Origin: Gemmatimonadota bacterium
Lineage (GTDB): Bacteria > Gemmatimonadota > Gemmatimonadetes > Gemmatimonadales > GWC2-71-9
Length of the DNA: 20,949 nt
Assembly (NCBI GenBank): GCA_036679645.1
Contig: JAZDCY010000066.1
Location: 1-20,949, forward strand
Reading direction: 5' to 3'
A model generated the notes under the pieces. It was given only the letters and a program-made list of their open reading frames with translations, had not been told where the DNA came from and made no database searches. How positions within the stretch are numbered: position 1 is the stretch's first letter; each line of letters opens with the position of its first letter. Both the position numbers and the translations under genes were made by a program. Positions 7,695-17,659 of the stretch are shown here, one piece after another.

Positions 7695-10418
7695 CTAGAA
7701 GACGATTTCGATCCCCAACCGTACCTGTCTAGCTTCCCCGAACAACAAGGTCGGTTCGTTGAAATCGAGCAGTGCCGCACGGCGGGCGGCCCGTTGTTCG
7801 CCCACCTCGAGAAACCCGTTGTCGTTCAGGTCGAATCCGGGGATGTACTGTGGAGACTCACGGGGAATCGGGCTCCTGCCCTGCGTTTCGCCCAGCGCCT
7901 GTGATTCCAGTGCGGCCACGTCGGGCATCACGCCCCCGGTCCTGCGCGCCGTGACCAGGTTGTCGTAGTTGAGCAGGTTGCGGCCCTCGGCGATGAGCCG
8001 GACCCGCCGGGATCCCCACGCGAGTTCTCGTGTCAGCCGTGCTGAGATTGCCACCGACCACGGGAGGCGTTCGTCTGCCGCCCCGGGGTTGGGCAGACCC
8101 GACCCGATGCTTCCACCAATTGAGACCCAGAATCCGGCAGGGACCGGCCAGAACGCGTTGAGGTCGATGGCGTGACGCCGGTCGAACTGCAGCGGGATCT
8201 CGATGCGGCTCGGCGTGGACGACGAGTCGAACGCGCTCGAGACCACCCCCACGGCCCGCTGGAGCGCATACCCAATCTCCAACCGGCGACCGTCGTCCTG
8301 TCGCGTCTCGATACGCACCTCCAGGCCGGACACTTTGCCGAAATCGAGATTGGTGAACAGGGTCCCCGGTTCGGAGACCAATGCTATGCCACTCGTCGTC
8401 AGGCCGGATAGATCCTTCAAGAAACCGGTGATGCGGAGCACCGCGTCGTTCGTGAGGAGCCAGTCAATGCCCGCCTCGTACTGGACGGCGCGCTCGAATC
8501 CGAGGTTCGGGTTACCCTGGCGTCGCACCGCCGTGTTCAACGAATCGTCGAGCGCCTGGTCGAAAAAGAACTGGAAGTCGGGTGGCTGCGAGAACCGGCC
8601 GAAGTTCCAATGCGCGGCGGCCCGGTCCAGCCCCAGTATCGCGAGCGGGATGGCAAAGCCGACGCGCGGGTGAATAATGACGCGCCAGTCGGTGGTCTCG
8701 ATTGGGGCTGTGAGATCGCGCCGGTCTGTTGAGGCCGCGAGCCGTGGTTGAAATGCCTCGACGCGCACGCCCAGATCGATTGTTGCCGCATCGAGCGTGT
8801 AGAGCGTGTTGTGGAAGTAGAGGGCAGCCGTTCGGGGATAGAAGCGGACGAAGTTGGGTGCCGCGCCGGCCAGGGCCGCGGCGACGTGCTGGTAGGTGGC
8901 AACCCTGTACAACTTGAGGTCGCCCCCGATCTTGAGGTCGTGCTGTGGCGAGACCAGGGTCTGCATGTCGAGCCGGAAATTCATGAAGTCGCTCTGGGAC
9001 CACTCCGCAACGCTGCTCGTGCCGTCGGTGACGAACAAATCGGCACCGAACACGCCGTATGGGCTCGCCGTACCGGAATCGCTGGGCTGGACATAGCCCG
9101 GGACCGAAAGGCCGGACGCAATCTGCCGGTCGACGTTGTTGCGTGTGAACGACTCGCCGCGGAACCGGAAATCTCCCAAGCGGAACCGGCCAAGACGGCC
9201 GCTCTGGGCAACGTCGAGCACGCCCAGGTAGCGGTCGAGTCGTGCTACGGAGACGCGAGAGGTGATGCGGAACGCGCGCGATGCGCTCAGCCGGAACGTG
9301 CCGTTGATCGCGAGCGAGGCGAGAGTGGCCGTTTCACGCTCCGCGAGATATCCGTCCAGCGCGTACTTGAATCGGGTTGAGTAGAGTTCGTGCTGATCGC
9401 GGTTCCGATTGAACATCAGCTCCGCGTTGAAGGACCCGCCCAGCGGAATGTCGAGTTTCCCGAACGCGAAGTACCGATCGCCTTCCTGATGGGGGATGAT
9501 GGCGCGCTTTGCGGGACACTGGAAGTCGACGTCGAGGCAGGTGAGGCCTTCGACGCGCGGATCCTGGTCCGCACGCCCAAACGCCGTCAGATCGAAGAAG
9601 CCGGTGACGCCACCAAAGAGTGGTCCGCCGGCCGACGCGCCGGCACGCGCGTAGCCCCGCCGGATACCGCCGGGAGCCCAGTCGTCCGACACGAACGCGA
9701 GCCGCCCAATCCACCGATCTCGCGGCCCGCTGCGGCTCACCAGGTTCACGACACCGGACACGGCGCTCGCCTGATCGGCGGAGAATCCCGACGTGAAAAC
9801 GCTGACCTCCTGTATGGCGGACGGGGCCAACTGAAACGCAATACCGCCACGGGCCGCCTGGAACTGGTCCTTGACGTCGATCCCGTCGATAACGTAGGCC
9901 TCCTGCCCGATCCGTCCGCCGCGGAAGTGTCCATCGGAGATCCCGGTACGCAGCTCCAGGACCTGCTCGATGTCCTCGATCGGCGCGCTCTCGAGTTCGG
10001 CGCGCGAGACGACCTGGCGGCCCGCGGTGACATCCGGCGAAAGCAGTGGCCGTTCCGCGGCAACCACGACGATACGCTCGAGTTGGATGGTGGATGGCCG
10101 TAGGTAGACCACGAGGCGCGCGCTAGCGCCCGAGCGTACGAGCACGCCACGCATTTCGGTCGGTTGAAATCCGACACGCCGGGCACGCAAGTTGTAGCGT
10201 CCCGGAGGGAGACCGACCAGCACGAACTCACCGCTCGGCCCCGTGGTCGCACGCCACGGACCGGACGCGACGGTGACGTCGACCCCGCCGACCGGTGTGG
10301 AGTCCTGCGCCGACCGCACGACGCCCACGATCTGGCCCCGCGTCTGCGCGGTCAGCGCGGGCGCTGTGAGCGCGGTCAGCGCACAAGCCGTTGCGAGAAT
10401 GCTACGTACGGGCGACAT
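7695..10418 (-). CDS. TonB-dependent receptor with N-terminal carboxypeptidase-regulatory-like domain
   Basis: Signal peptide ending ALTA-Q; GQIVGVV...LPPGRYNL; plug FRGGR...YVIDG, SGVVNLVSRSG; GNPNLGFE; terminal Phe. Start trimmed to MSPVRS. Confidence 0.9.
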   Translation of the reverse strand: MSPVRSILATACALTALTAPALTAQTRGQIVGVVRSAQDSTPVGGVDVTVASGPWRATTGPSGEFVLVGLPPGRYNLRARRVGFQPTEMRGVLVRSGASARLVVYLRPSTIQLERIVVVAAERPLLSPDVTAGRQVVSRAELESAPIEDIEQVLELRTGISDGHFRGGRIGQEAYVIDGIDVKDQFQAARGGIAFQLAPSAIQEVSVFTSGFSADQASAVSGVVNLVSRSGPRDRWIGRLAFVSDDWAPGGIRRGYARAGASAGGPLFGGVTGFFDLTAFGRADQDPRVEGLTCLDVDFQCPAKRAIIPHQEGDRYFAFGKLDIPLGGSFNAELMFNRNRDQHELYSTRFKYALDGYLAERETATLASLAINGTFRLSASRAFRITSRVSVARLDRYLGVLDVAQSGRLGRFRLGDFRFRGESFTRNNVDRQIASGLSVPGYVQPSDSGTASPYGVFGADLFVTDGTSSVAEWSQSDFMNFRLDMQTLVSPQHDLKIGGDLKLYRVATYQHVAAALAGAAPNFVRFYPRTAALYFHNTLYTLDAATIDLGVRVEAFQPRLAASTDRRDLTAPIETTDWRVIIHPRVGFAIPLAILGLDRAAAHWNFGRFSQPPDFQFFFDQALDDSLNTAVRRQGNPNLGFERAVQYEAGIDWLLTNDAVLRITGFLKDLSGLTTSGIALVSEPGTLFTNLDFGKVSGLEVRIETRQDDGRRLEIGYALQRAVGVVSSAFDSSSTPSRIEIPLQFDRRHAIDLNAFWPVPAGFWVSIGGSIGSGLPNPGAADERLPWSVAISARLTRELAWGSRRVRLIAEGRNLLNYDNLVTARRTGGVMPDVAALESQALGETQGRSPIPRESPQYIPGFDLNDNGFLEVGEQRAARRAALLDFNEPTLLFGEARQVRLGIEIVF

Positions 10419-10479
10419 TGACGCCGAAGGTGGGGTGCTTTCGGTATACCTGTCAATGTACGACAAGATCCACTCCTGC

Positions 10480-11583
10480 GTGCGGCTATGCCGCCTCCTC
10501 CCGCTGCTTTCCGCATTTGCGTGCGGTCCGACGGAGGTGCTCGTCGGCGATGCGCCCGGCGTGTCCCGAGTCGTCGCCGGCGTGCTCGGGGTTACGCACG
10601 AAGTCCAACTAATCGATTCGGCAATCACCGGCGACGCGCTCGCGCAGGCGCTGGGGACGCCGGCGGGGATCGTGGCGTTCGACGACGGGAGCTTTTTCTT
10701 TGCCGATAGGTTTCGGCGCCGGCTGGGGCACGTCTCCCCGTCGGGTGTGCTGTCCTGGCCCGTCGGACGTGGGCTCTGCGGTTTCCCGGGGCTCGGTGGA
10801 GTGGGCGATCCCGGCGATGTGTGCTTCGCCGATCCGACGGGACTTGCCGCCGAGCCCGGTGGAGCGTTGCTCATTGCCGATCGCGGGGCGCACACCGTCT
10901 ATCGGTTCATTCCGGACGCTAACCGCGTGGAGCGAGTGTTCGGTGCCGGAATACCCGGCTTGGCAGCGGATGGCGGGACAGCGGTGAACGCCCGCACGGC
11001 CCGCCCAACCGATGTGGCGGTGGGGCCGGACGGATCCATTTACGTGGCGGAATCATTCAACAACCGGGTAGTACGTATTGACGGCGATGGTGTCGTGCGG
11101 AGTTTCGCTGGGTCGGGGCTGGTTGGGGACTCTGGCGATGGTGGGGCGGCGGTGGCGGCTCTGCTCACCCGTCCCGAGGGGCTCGCGATCATGGGCGACA
11201 CCATCTACATCGCGGACAGCGGGAACCATCGGATTCGCCGGGTGATTGGAGGGGTGATCGAGGCGTACGCCGGTGTCGGCGCCGCGGGGTTCACCGGAGA
11301 CGGCGGGCCGGTGCAGGGGGCGCTCTTCGCGCGCCCCGGCAGTATGGCGACGCTCGGATCGCTGCTGTTCGTGGCGGATCGCGACAATAATCGCGTGCGG
11401 CTCATTCGGGTTGGACCGGACTCGATCGACACCTTTGGCGGCACGGGGATCGCCTCGATTGGTGCCGATCTCCTGGAGATTGGGCGGACGCCGCTCGCCG
11501 GTCCGGTTGGGGTTGCCGCTGCGGGGCGAGCGGTCTTCATCGCCGACTCGGGCGCGTTTGTCGTGCGTCGGGTCGTCCGCTAG
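10480..11583 (+). CDS. NHL-repeat beta-propeller lipoprotein
   Basis: Repeats PTDVAVGPDGSIYVAESFNNRV, PEGLA...IYIADSGNHRIR, GxSGDGG; SAFAC lipobox-like site. Start GTG 10480 or ATG 10456. Confidence 0.88.
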   Translation: MRLCRLLPLLSAFACGPTEVLVGDAPGVSRVVAGVLGVTHEVQLIDSAITGDALAQALGTPAGIVAFDDGSFFFADRFRRRLGHVSPSGVLSWPVGRGLCGFPGLGGVGDPGDVCFADPTGLAAEPGGALLIADRGAHTVYRFIPDANRVERVFGAGIPGLAADGGTAVNARTARPTDVAVGPDGSIYVAESFNNRVVRIDGDGVVRSFAGSGLVGDSGDGGAAVAALLTRPEGLAIMGDTIYIADSGNHRIRRVIGGVIEAYAGVGAAGFTGDGGPVQGALFARPGSMATLGSLLFVADRDNNRVRLIRVGPDSIDTFGGTGIASIGADLLEIGRTPLAGPVGVAAAGRAVFIADSGAFVVRRVVR

Positions 11584-11610
11584 GCCAAAACCGGGGATCG
11601 GAGATGCTCG

Positions 11611-11787
11611 ATGAGTGAAACGTTGGCTGTTCAGCCGGGAGATCGTGCACCGGACTTCACGCTCCAGGCGTCGTCGGGTGAAGAGATCACGCTTTCGACG
11701 CACAATATCTCGGTGGAATTGTTGAGCCGTTTTCGGCGAGAGGTTTGCCGGGCCGAGTTGCTCGCCCAGGTCGAGGCGCTAGCGTGA
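11611..11787 (+). pseudogene. Peroxiredoxin (AhpC/TSA) remnant, 58 aa; not in the ORF track
   Basis: [65 protein letters not shown]; no PxxxTxxC active site. Confidence 0.75.
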
Positions 11788-13355
11788 CGGTCTCGCCCGC
11801 GGCGACCGCCGGGCTCGAGGTCCTCGGTGAGGTTGCGTCGTATCTCAGCGCGGCGCTGCATGTGGAGGATGCGCTGGCCGGCGTCGCGGGGGTGCTCGAG
11901 AGTGGGCTAGCGGCGCGGGAGTGCCGCATCTGGTTGCGGAACCCTGATGGCGAAGGGTACCGCGCCGCACAGCCCGTGGGTGCGCGGGACGCACCGGCCG
12001 GACATGGTCTCACTGTCTCTCAGTGGGTTGTGGCTGGGCAGGTTCCCGAGTGGACCCCCGCGGAACCATGGCTCCGGCTCTCCCTCAGGTATCAGGGAGA
12101 GAACCTCGGTCTGCTCGAGTGCATTCTCGACGACGATGCCGACCGGGACGTACGCGCGGAGGTCGTGCGGACTGTTGCGCGTATCCTGGCACCCCTGTTG
12201 TCGTCGATTGAGCTGTCGGAGGATCTTGCAACCGAGGTCGCTCTGCGCACCCGGGAGATCGAGTCGCAACGCCGATTCACGGCGAAGATCATCGATTCAC
12301 TCCCGGTGGGCCTCTACGTAATCGACCGCGACTACCGCATTCAGGCGTGGAACCGCAAGCGCGAAACCGGCACTCAAGGTATTTCACGCGACGACGCGCT
12401 GGGCCGCACGGTATTCGACATCCTGCGGCGGCAACCTCGCGATCTGCTGCAGAAGGAGTTCGACCACGTCTTCGCGAGCGGGCAGATCGAGGAGATGGAT
12501 GTTCAGACCGACACGCCCGACGGTCTGCGGCATTTTCGGATTACCAAGATCCCCATGCGGCTTGATGACTCCGAAGTCACGCACGTCATTACCATCGGGG
12601 AGGATGTGACCCAGGACCGCCTGGTCCGGCAGCAGGTTTCGCAGACGGAGAAGATGGCGGCGGTGGGCCAGCTTGCCGCCGGCGTGATGCACGAGATCAA
12701 CAACCCGCTGGCGACCATCGGAGCCTGCATCGAGGCGCTCCAGGCGCGGGCGTTCGATTTGCCCCAAGCGCAGGCCCAGAGCTTTGGGGAGTATTTCGAT
12801 ATCGTCGATTCCGAGCTTGGGCGCTGTAAGTCGATCGTCGACGGCCTGCTCGACTTCTCGCGACCCAAATCGCGGGCAAAGTACCCAGCCCAGGTGAACC
12901 AGATCGTCGAGGACGCATTGTTCCTCATCAAGTATCACGACCGGTTCAAACGCGTGACACTGGTGCGCGAGTTTGCGGATGACCTGCCACTGATCGAGGC
13001 CAATGCGGAACAGCTCATTCAAGGGTTCCTCGATCTGATGCTGAACGCGCTCGACTCCATGGATGGGCAAGGCACGCTCACCGTCGCTACGGCTCTGAAC
13101 CCCGATCGGCCCGAGGAGGTGATGGTGTCGATCTCCGATACGGGTACCGGCATCCCCGTCGAGAACCTGCAGAAGGTTTTCGAGCCGTTCTTCACGACCA
13201 AGCCGCCGGGTGAGGGCACGGGACTCGGATTGGCAATCACCTACGCGTTGGTGCGGCACCACAACGGGCGCATCTTGGTCGACTCACAGGTGGGGTCAGG
13301 GGCGACCTTCCGCGTCCTCCTTCCGGTGACCGACTTCAGCGGAACCGACACGTGA
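11784..13355 (+). CDS. Cytoplasmic GAF-like/PAS sensor histidine kinase, NtrB-like
   Basis: [61 protein letters not shown] overlaps at both ends. Confidence 0.92.
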   Translation: MTVSPAATAGLEVLGEVASYLSAALHVEDALAGVAGVLESGLAARECRIWLRNPDGEGYRAAQPVGARDAPAGHGLTVSQWVVAGQVPEWTPAEPWLRLSLRYQGENLGLLECILDDDADRDVRAEVVRTVARILAPLLSSIELSEDLATEVALRTREIESQRRFTAKIIDSLPVGLYVIDRDYRIQAWNRKRETGTQGISRDDALGRTVFDILRRQPRDLLQKEFDHVFASGQIEEMDVQTDTPDGLRHFRITKIPMRLDDSEVTHVITIGEDVTQDRLVRQQVSQTEKMAAVGQLAAGVMHEINNPLATIGACIEALQARAFDLPQAQAQSFGEYFDIVDSELGRCKSIVDGLLDFSRPKSRAKYPAQVNQIVEDALFLIKYHDRFKRVTLVREFADDLPLIEANAEQLIQGFLDLMLNALDSMDGQGTLTVATALNPDRPEEVMVSISDTGTGIPVENLQKVFEPFFTTKPPGEGTGLGLAITYALVRHHNGRILVDSQVGSGATFRVLLPVTDFSGTDT

Positions 13356-14020
13356 AGGTGCTCGTCATCGAGGACGATCGGACCGTAGGACAATTCGTCC
13401 GCCGGGGACTCGAGGAGCAGCACATGCACGTCGAGTTGGTCGACGAGGGCGGCGAGGGGCTCGCGCGCGCATCTGACGGGACCTACGACATTATCGTGCT
13501 GGACCTGCGCCTCCCCCGGATGACGGGGATCGAGGTGTTGCGCACGCTTCGCGACCGCGGAGTATCAACACCCGTGCTCGTACTCACAGCCCAGGATGCG
13601 GTGGAGTCCAAGGTGAATGCGCTGCGGACCGGCGCGGACGATTACGTGACGAAGCCCTTTGCGTTCGAGGAGCTGCTGGCGCGCGTCGAGGCGCTCGGCC
13701 GCCGGCCCAAGGCGATAGCGCCCCCCGTGCTCACGGTGGCGGATCTCGAGATCGACACCGGCAGTCGTGAAGTCCGACGAGCCGGGAATGCCATCGAAGT
13801 GACGCCCAAGGAGTACGCTGTGCTCGCATACCTGGCCCGCAATGTCGGGCGAGTCATGTCACGAACCCTGATCACCGAGTATGGCTGGGGCTATCATTTC
13901 GATCCCGGCACCAACGTGGTCGATGTCGTGATCAACCGCCTGCGTAAGAAGATCGATCACGGGTTCGATCGGCGGTTGATCCACACGGTACGTGGTGTGG
14001 GATACGTGATGAAGCCGTAG
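13352..14020 (+). CDS. OmpR/PhoB family response regulator (CusR/CzcR-like)
   Basis: VLVIEDD, LDLRLP, LTA, GADDYVTKPF; wHTH TNVVDVVINRLRKKID, IHTVRGVGY. Confidence 0.95.
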   Translation: MKVLVIEDDRTVGQFVRRGLEEQHMHVELVDEGGEGLARASDGTYDIIVLDLRLPRMTGIEVLRTLRDRGVSTPVLVLTAQDAVESKVNALRTGADDYVTKPFAFEELLARVEALGRRPKAIAPPVLTVADLEIDTGSREVRRAGNAIEVTPKEYAVLAYLARNVGRVMSRTLITEYGWGYHFDPGTNVVDVVINRLRKKIDHGFDRRLIHTVRGVGYVMKP

Positions 14021-14021
14021 C

Positions 14022-15488
14022 ATGCGCACGATCCGCGGCCGCCTGGCGGCGTGGTACGCGGTCGCCCTGGCCGCGACGATGTTCGTCTTTGCTGCAATCA
14101 TCTATCTCGTGCAGGTCGGCGAGGGTTTCGCCGAGCTGGACACGCGTCTGGAACTCCAGTCCAACCTGATCGCCGCGATCCTCACCGAGGGCTACCGGGC
14201 GCGTGGGACGCTCGTGGTGGCGGATACCGCCCGGGGCGGGGGCCCGGACGTGCTGCATCCCGACGTGCTCCCGTTTCTCGAGGGGGTCACGGGATACGTC
14301 ATCGTGGCCGGGCGCGACGGTGATGTGCTGCATCTGTCTAGAGACGCGCGCGCGCTGCCGTATGGCTCGTTGGTGCGGCTGCTCGCACCGGTACTGGAGA
14401 TCGACTCGGGGGCTGCGCGCGGTACAGTAGATCTCGGTAGCCCCGTCGGGGAGATCCATTATCACACGCGCACGCTATCGACCACGGGACCGCGCGTGGT
14501 CGGCGTGCTCTCTGGTAGTGGGGTGAGCAGTGTCGTGTTGGGTCCCCGACGGTTGCTCTCTGCGATGCTGTTGATCGCGCCGCTCATTCTCCTCTCGTCG
14601 CTGTTCGTTGGGTATACGCTCGTGGGCCGGACGCTCGCGCCGGTCAACCGGGTGGTCGATGAGGTTGAGGCCATTTCCGATGGCCGGAGTCTCCACAAGC
14701 GACTGGCTCCGCTCCAGACCGGGGACGAACTGGCGCGGCTGACCAGCACGTTGAACGCAATGTTTGTCCGACTCGAGCGCAGCTTTGCGACCCTGCGACG
14801 CTTCACGGCCGACGCGAGCCATGAGCTGAAGACGCCTCTCACCGTTCTCCGCGCGGGGATCGAGCGTTCGATCACCCATCCGCGGACGCCGCCGGAGGTA
14901 ATGCAGGAACTGGATGAGACGTTGCGGGAGGTCAATCGCATGACGGAGATCATCGATTCCCTGCTCACGCTCGCCCGAGCCGATGAGGGGCGGGTCTCCC
15001 TCCATCTAGAGGCCGTAGATCTGCGGGAGTTGTTCGCCGAGGTTGCCGAGACGGCCAGCTTGCTCGGTGAGGGCGCGTCGGTGGAGGTGACCGTGGCCGC
15101 ACCGCCTGAGTGCGTCCCGCTCGCCGTGGATCGGGCGCGCGTACGACAGCTGCTCATGAACCTGCTCACCAATGCGATCAAGTACACGGCACCGGGCGGG
15201 GCGGTCGCCATCAAGAGCACCACCGGGAACGGTTCGGTGGTGATCAGTGTTCGCGATACAGGGGTCGGGATTGCGCCGGGCGATCTCCCGCATATCTTCG
15301 ATCGCTTCTGGCGCGCGGATGTCGCCCGTAGCCGTACTGGGGCGCGCCCCGGTGTGGGGTTGGGGCTCGCGATTTCGAAGTGGATTGCAGAGGCCCATGG
15401 GGGGACGATCACCGCGACCAGCAGATCCGGGAAGGGGACGACGTTTGTCGTGACGTTGCCCGTTACCGAACCAGGCGCTACTCCGTAA
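14022..15488 (+). CDS. Membrane-bound HAMP sensor histidine kinase (CusS-like)
   Basis: Two TM segments; HAMP DELARLTSTLNAM; RFTADASHELKTPL; NLLTNAIKY, DTGVGI, IFDRFWR, GLGLAI. Confidence 0.94.
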   Translation: MRTIRGRLAAWYAVALAATMFVFAAIIYLVQVGEGFAELDTRLELQSNLIAAILTEGYRARGTLVVADTARGGGPDVLHPDVLPFLEGVTGYVIVAGRDGDVLHLSRDARALPYGSLVRLLAPVLEIDSGAARGTVDLGSPVGEIHYHTRTLSTTGPRVVGVLSGSGVSSVVLGPRRLLSAMLLIAPLILLSSLFVGYTLVGRTLAPVNRVVDEVEAISDGRSLHKRLAPLQTGDELARLTSTLNAMFVRLERSFATLRRFTADASHELKTPLTVLRAGIERSITHPRTPPEVMQELDETLREVNRMTEIIDSLLTLARADEGRVSLHLEAVDLRELFAEVAETASLLGEGASVEVTVAAPPECVPLAVDRARVRQLLMNLLTNAIKYTAPGGAVAIKSTTGNGSVVISVRDTGVGIAPGDLPHIFDRFWRADVARSRTGARPGVGLGLAISKWIAEAHGGTITATSRSGKGTTFVVTLPVTEPGATP

Positions 15489-15536
15489 TTCGGTTGTAAT
15501 CGTTTTGTAATGTGGGTCACATTGTGTTGGTAGGAT
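15483..15536 (+). promoter_or_regulatory. 11-bp-period direct repeats (OmpR/PhoB-type box) and extended -10 upstream of tonB
   Basis: CCGTAAT-N4-TTGTAAT-N4-TTGTAAT-N4-GTCACAT, then TG-G-TAGGAT (15528-15536). Confidence 0.6.
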
Positions 15537-15653
15537 GGTCGGGGTAGACCGGGGTAGGTTCATAGTCGTCAACCATCGACCGCCAGCAGGTGCGACGGGT
15601 GGATGGGGTTGCACGCGACCCACAGCATGCGAGACGTTCTCACGGAGGCGATC

Positions 15654-16361
15654 GTGTTCGATACGCTGGTCGAATCGAGACCACAGAAACGAGGGCTAAA
15701 GGGATTCCTGTCGAGTTCCTTCATGTCCTTTGCGATCCACATAGGGATCATCTGGGGAGCCGTCGCCGCGACCATGAAGAGCGCGGCAATCGTGAACGAG
15801 CTCGCAACGGATACCAACATGGTATTCCTGACCGAGCAGGAGCCCGAGCCGGAAGAGGAACCGCCACCACCGCCAGAGATCGCAATTCTGAATCCTCCAC
15901 CCAAAGGATTCCAGACGCTGATAGCGCCAATAGAGATTCCTACGGAGATCCCGCCGGTGAATCTGAACGAGCGGTTCGATCCGCGCGATTACACGGGCAT
16001 TGGGGTCGAGGGCGGTATCGCCGAAGGGGTGGAAGGTGGTACCGGGCCGGTCGATCTAGAGGCGGTGTTTGTGGAAGCGGTCGTCGATGAGCCGCCTATC
16101 CGGCTGTCGGGTCCGCGGCCAGTGTATCCTCCCCTCCTCAAGGACGCGCAGATCGAGGGCTACGTCATTACCGAGGTGGTCATTGGCATTGACGGTCATC
16201 CGGAGCGAGACTCGTTCCGGATCATCGAGTCGTCCAATCGCGCCTTCGAGCGCGCGGCACGCAACGCCGTGCTGGGGTCGGTGTACCGGCCCGGTCGTAT
16301 GCGTGGTCAGCCGGTCCGCGTGCTCGTGCGCCAGCCTCTTCAATTCAACATAGACCGTTAG
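15654..16361 (+). CDS. tonB: Energy transducer TonB
   Basis: GGAGG then GTG; TM with SFAIH; Glu/Pro-rich linker; YPPLLKDAQIEGYV C-terminal domain. Confidence 0.9.
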   Translation: MFDTLVESRPQKRGLKGFLSSSFMSFAIHIGIIWGAVAATMKSAAIVNELATDTNMVFLTEQEPEPEEEPPPPPEIAILNPPPKGFQTLIAPIEIPTEIPPVNLNERFDPRDYTGIGVEGGIAEGVEGGTGPVDLEAVFVEAVVDEPPIRLSGPRPVYPPLLKDAQIEGYVITEVVIGIDGHPERDSFRIIESSNRAFERAARNAVLGSVYRPGRMRGQPVRVLVRQPLQFNIDR

Positions 16362-16412
16362 CGACGCGCCAGTTCACGACGTCATCGATTCGACGGAGGT
16401 AACGAAAACCGA

Positions 16413-17136
16413 ATGGAACTCTCACTTCTCGAGCTTTGGGATAGCGCAGGTACGTTCTCGCGCGGCATCATCCTCGTGTTGGCCATCATGTCCGTCATCT
16501 CGCTCACGGTGGCCAGTCGCAAATGGTGGCGCTTCCGGAATAGCATGAAGGAGACTGCGAGGTTCGCGCCGGAGTTCGCGCAGTTCCTCCAGGAAGAGCA
16601 GCTCGATGAGGCAATCGAGCTCGCCGAGAAGCAGAAGGTCTCCCACGTCGCACGCGTCCTCGGTGAGGCGCTGGTCGAGATCAAGCCCCTGCTTCGCGAT
16701 CGGGCCCAGATCACGAGCGGTGACATCAACTCGGCGGAACGGGCGGTCGACCGCCAGATGCTGATTCTCCAGTCCGAGCTGAGTGGCAACGGTCGGATCG
16801 ACGGCGCCTTTCATTGGGCTGCTCGGAACCACGATGGGGATCGTCAACTCGTTTACCGGAATGGCCGTAACGGGATCGGGTGGTCTTGGTGCGATCTCCG
16901 CCGGTATCGCTGAAGCGCTCATCGCGACGGCGTTTGGCCTCGGCGTCGCGATTCCCGCCGTGTGGTTCTTCAACTACTTCCAGACCAAGGTGGACAACCT
17001 CACGGTCGAGATGACCTATACGTCGAAGGAGCTCATCGACTTCCTCATCAAGAGTGTAGGTACCGAGTTCGGTCGCTCGATCTTCACCAAAGAATTCAAG
17101 GCCCAATCCGCGGCCCAATCGGGTCACATCAACTGA
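16413..17136 (+). pseudogene. exbB: MotA/TolQ/ExbB proton channel, frameshifted near 16782
   Basis: First frame to ...ILQSEL, second frame ATVGSTAPFIGLLGT...GIAEALIATAFGL. May be an assembly error. Confidence 0.88.
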
Positions 17137-17173
17137 GGCGCGAGCCTCGCGCTGAGAAGGGAAGGGTGCCAGG

Positions 17174-17656
17174 ATGGGACCAGTAGGCGGCGGCAGCAGC
17201 GTCAAGTCGGAACCCAACGTGGTCCCGATGATCGACGTCATGCTGGTACTGCTGATCATTTTCATGATCGTCACACCCGTGATCTCGGCCGGGTTCCAGG
17301 CGCGGATTCCGCAGGGGAAGAACATCGATAGCCGGCCGGAAGATCCGGGTGACATCGTGCTCGGCATCGACCGGAATAGACGCTACTACCTCGACCCGGG
17401 AACGGGCACAATCTCTCCCGTGTGTGCCTCGGGTGTGCAGTGCGTTCAGGAAGCGCGGCTCGAAGACCTCCTGACCGATCTCTACCTTGGCCGGATAACC
17501 GACAAGATCTTGTACTTCAAGGCCGATGCAAACCTCGAGTACGCGACGGTCGAATTTGCGATCAATGTCGCGCGTCGTGCCGGCGTGCGCGTGCTCGCTG
17601 CCGTGACCGAGGAGAAGCGCGAGGGCGGGCTCTTCGGCTCGGGGAGAAGGGACTAG
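17174..17656 (+). CDS. exbD: Biopolymer transporter ExbD/TolR, copy 1
   Basis: EPNVVPMIDVMLVLLIIFMI; FKADANLEY. Confidence 0.92.
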   Translation: MGPVGGGSSVKSEPNVVPMIDVMLVLLIIFMIVTPVISAGFQARIPQGKNIDSRPEDPGDIVLGIDRNRRYYLDPGTGTISPVCASGVQCVQEARLEDLLTDLYLGRITDKILYFKADANLEYATVEFAINVARRAGVRVLAAVTEEKREGGLFGSGRRD

Positions 17657-17659
17657 GCT

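Noticed and set aside
10419..10895. 159-aa N-terminal extension of the receptor ORF
   Set aside because: Overlaps the NHL gene antisense; the signal peptide starts at 10418.
13352..15488. Naming the pair cusRS or phoBR
   Set aside because: Similarity is subfamily-level only; no metal efflux or pst genes nearby.
16770..16800. Programmed ribosomal frameshifting here, at 1500 or at 20679
   Set aside because: No slippery tract, and residues are missing, so a shift would not restore the protein.
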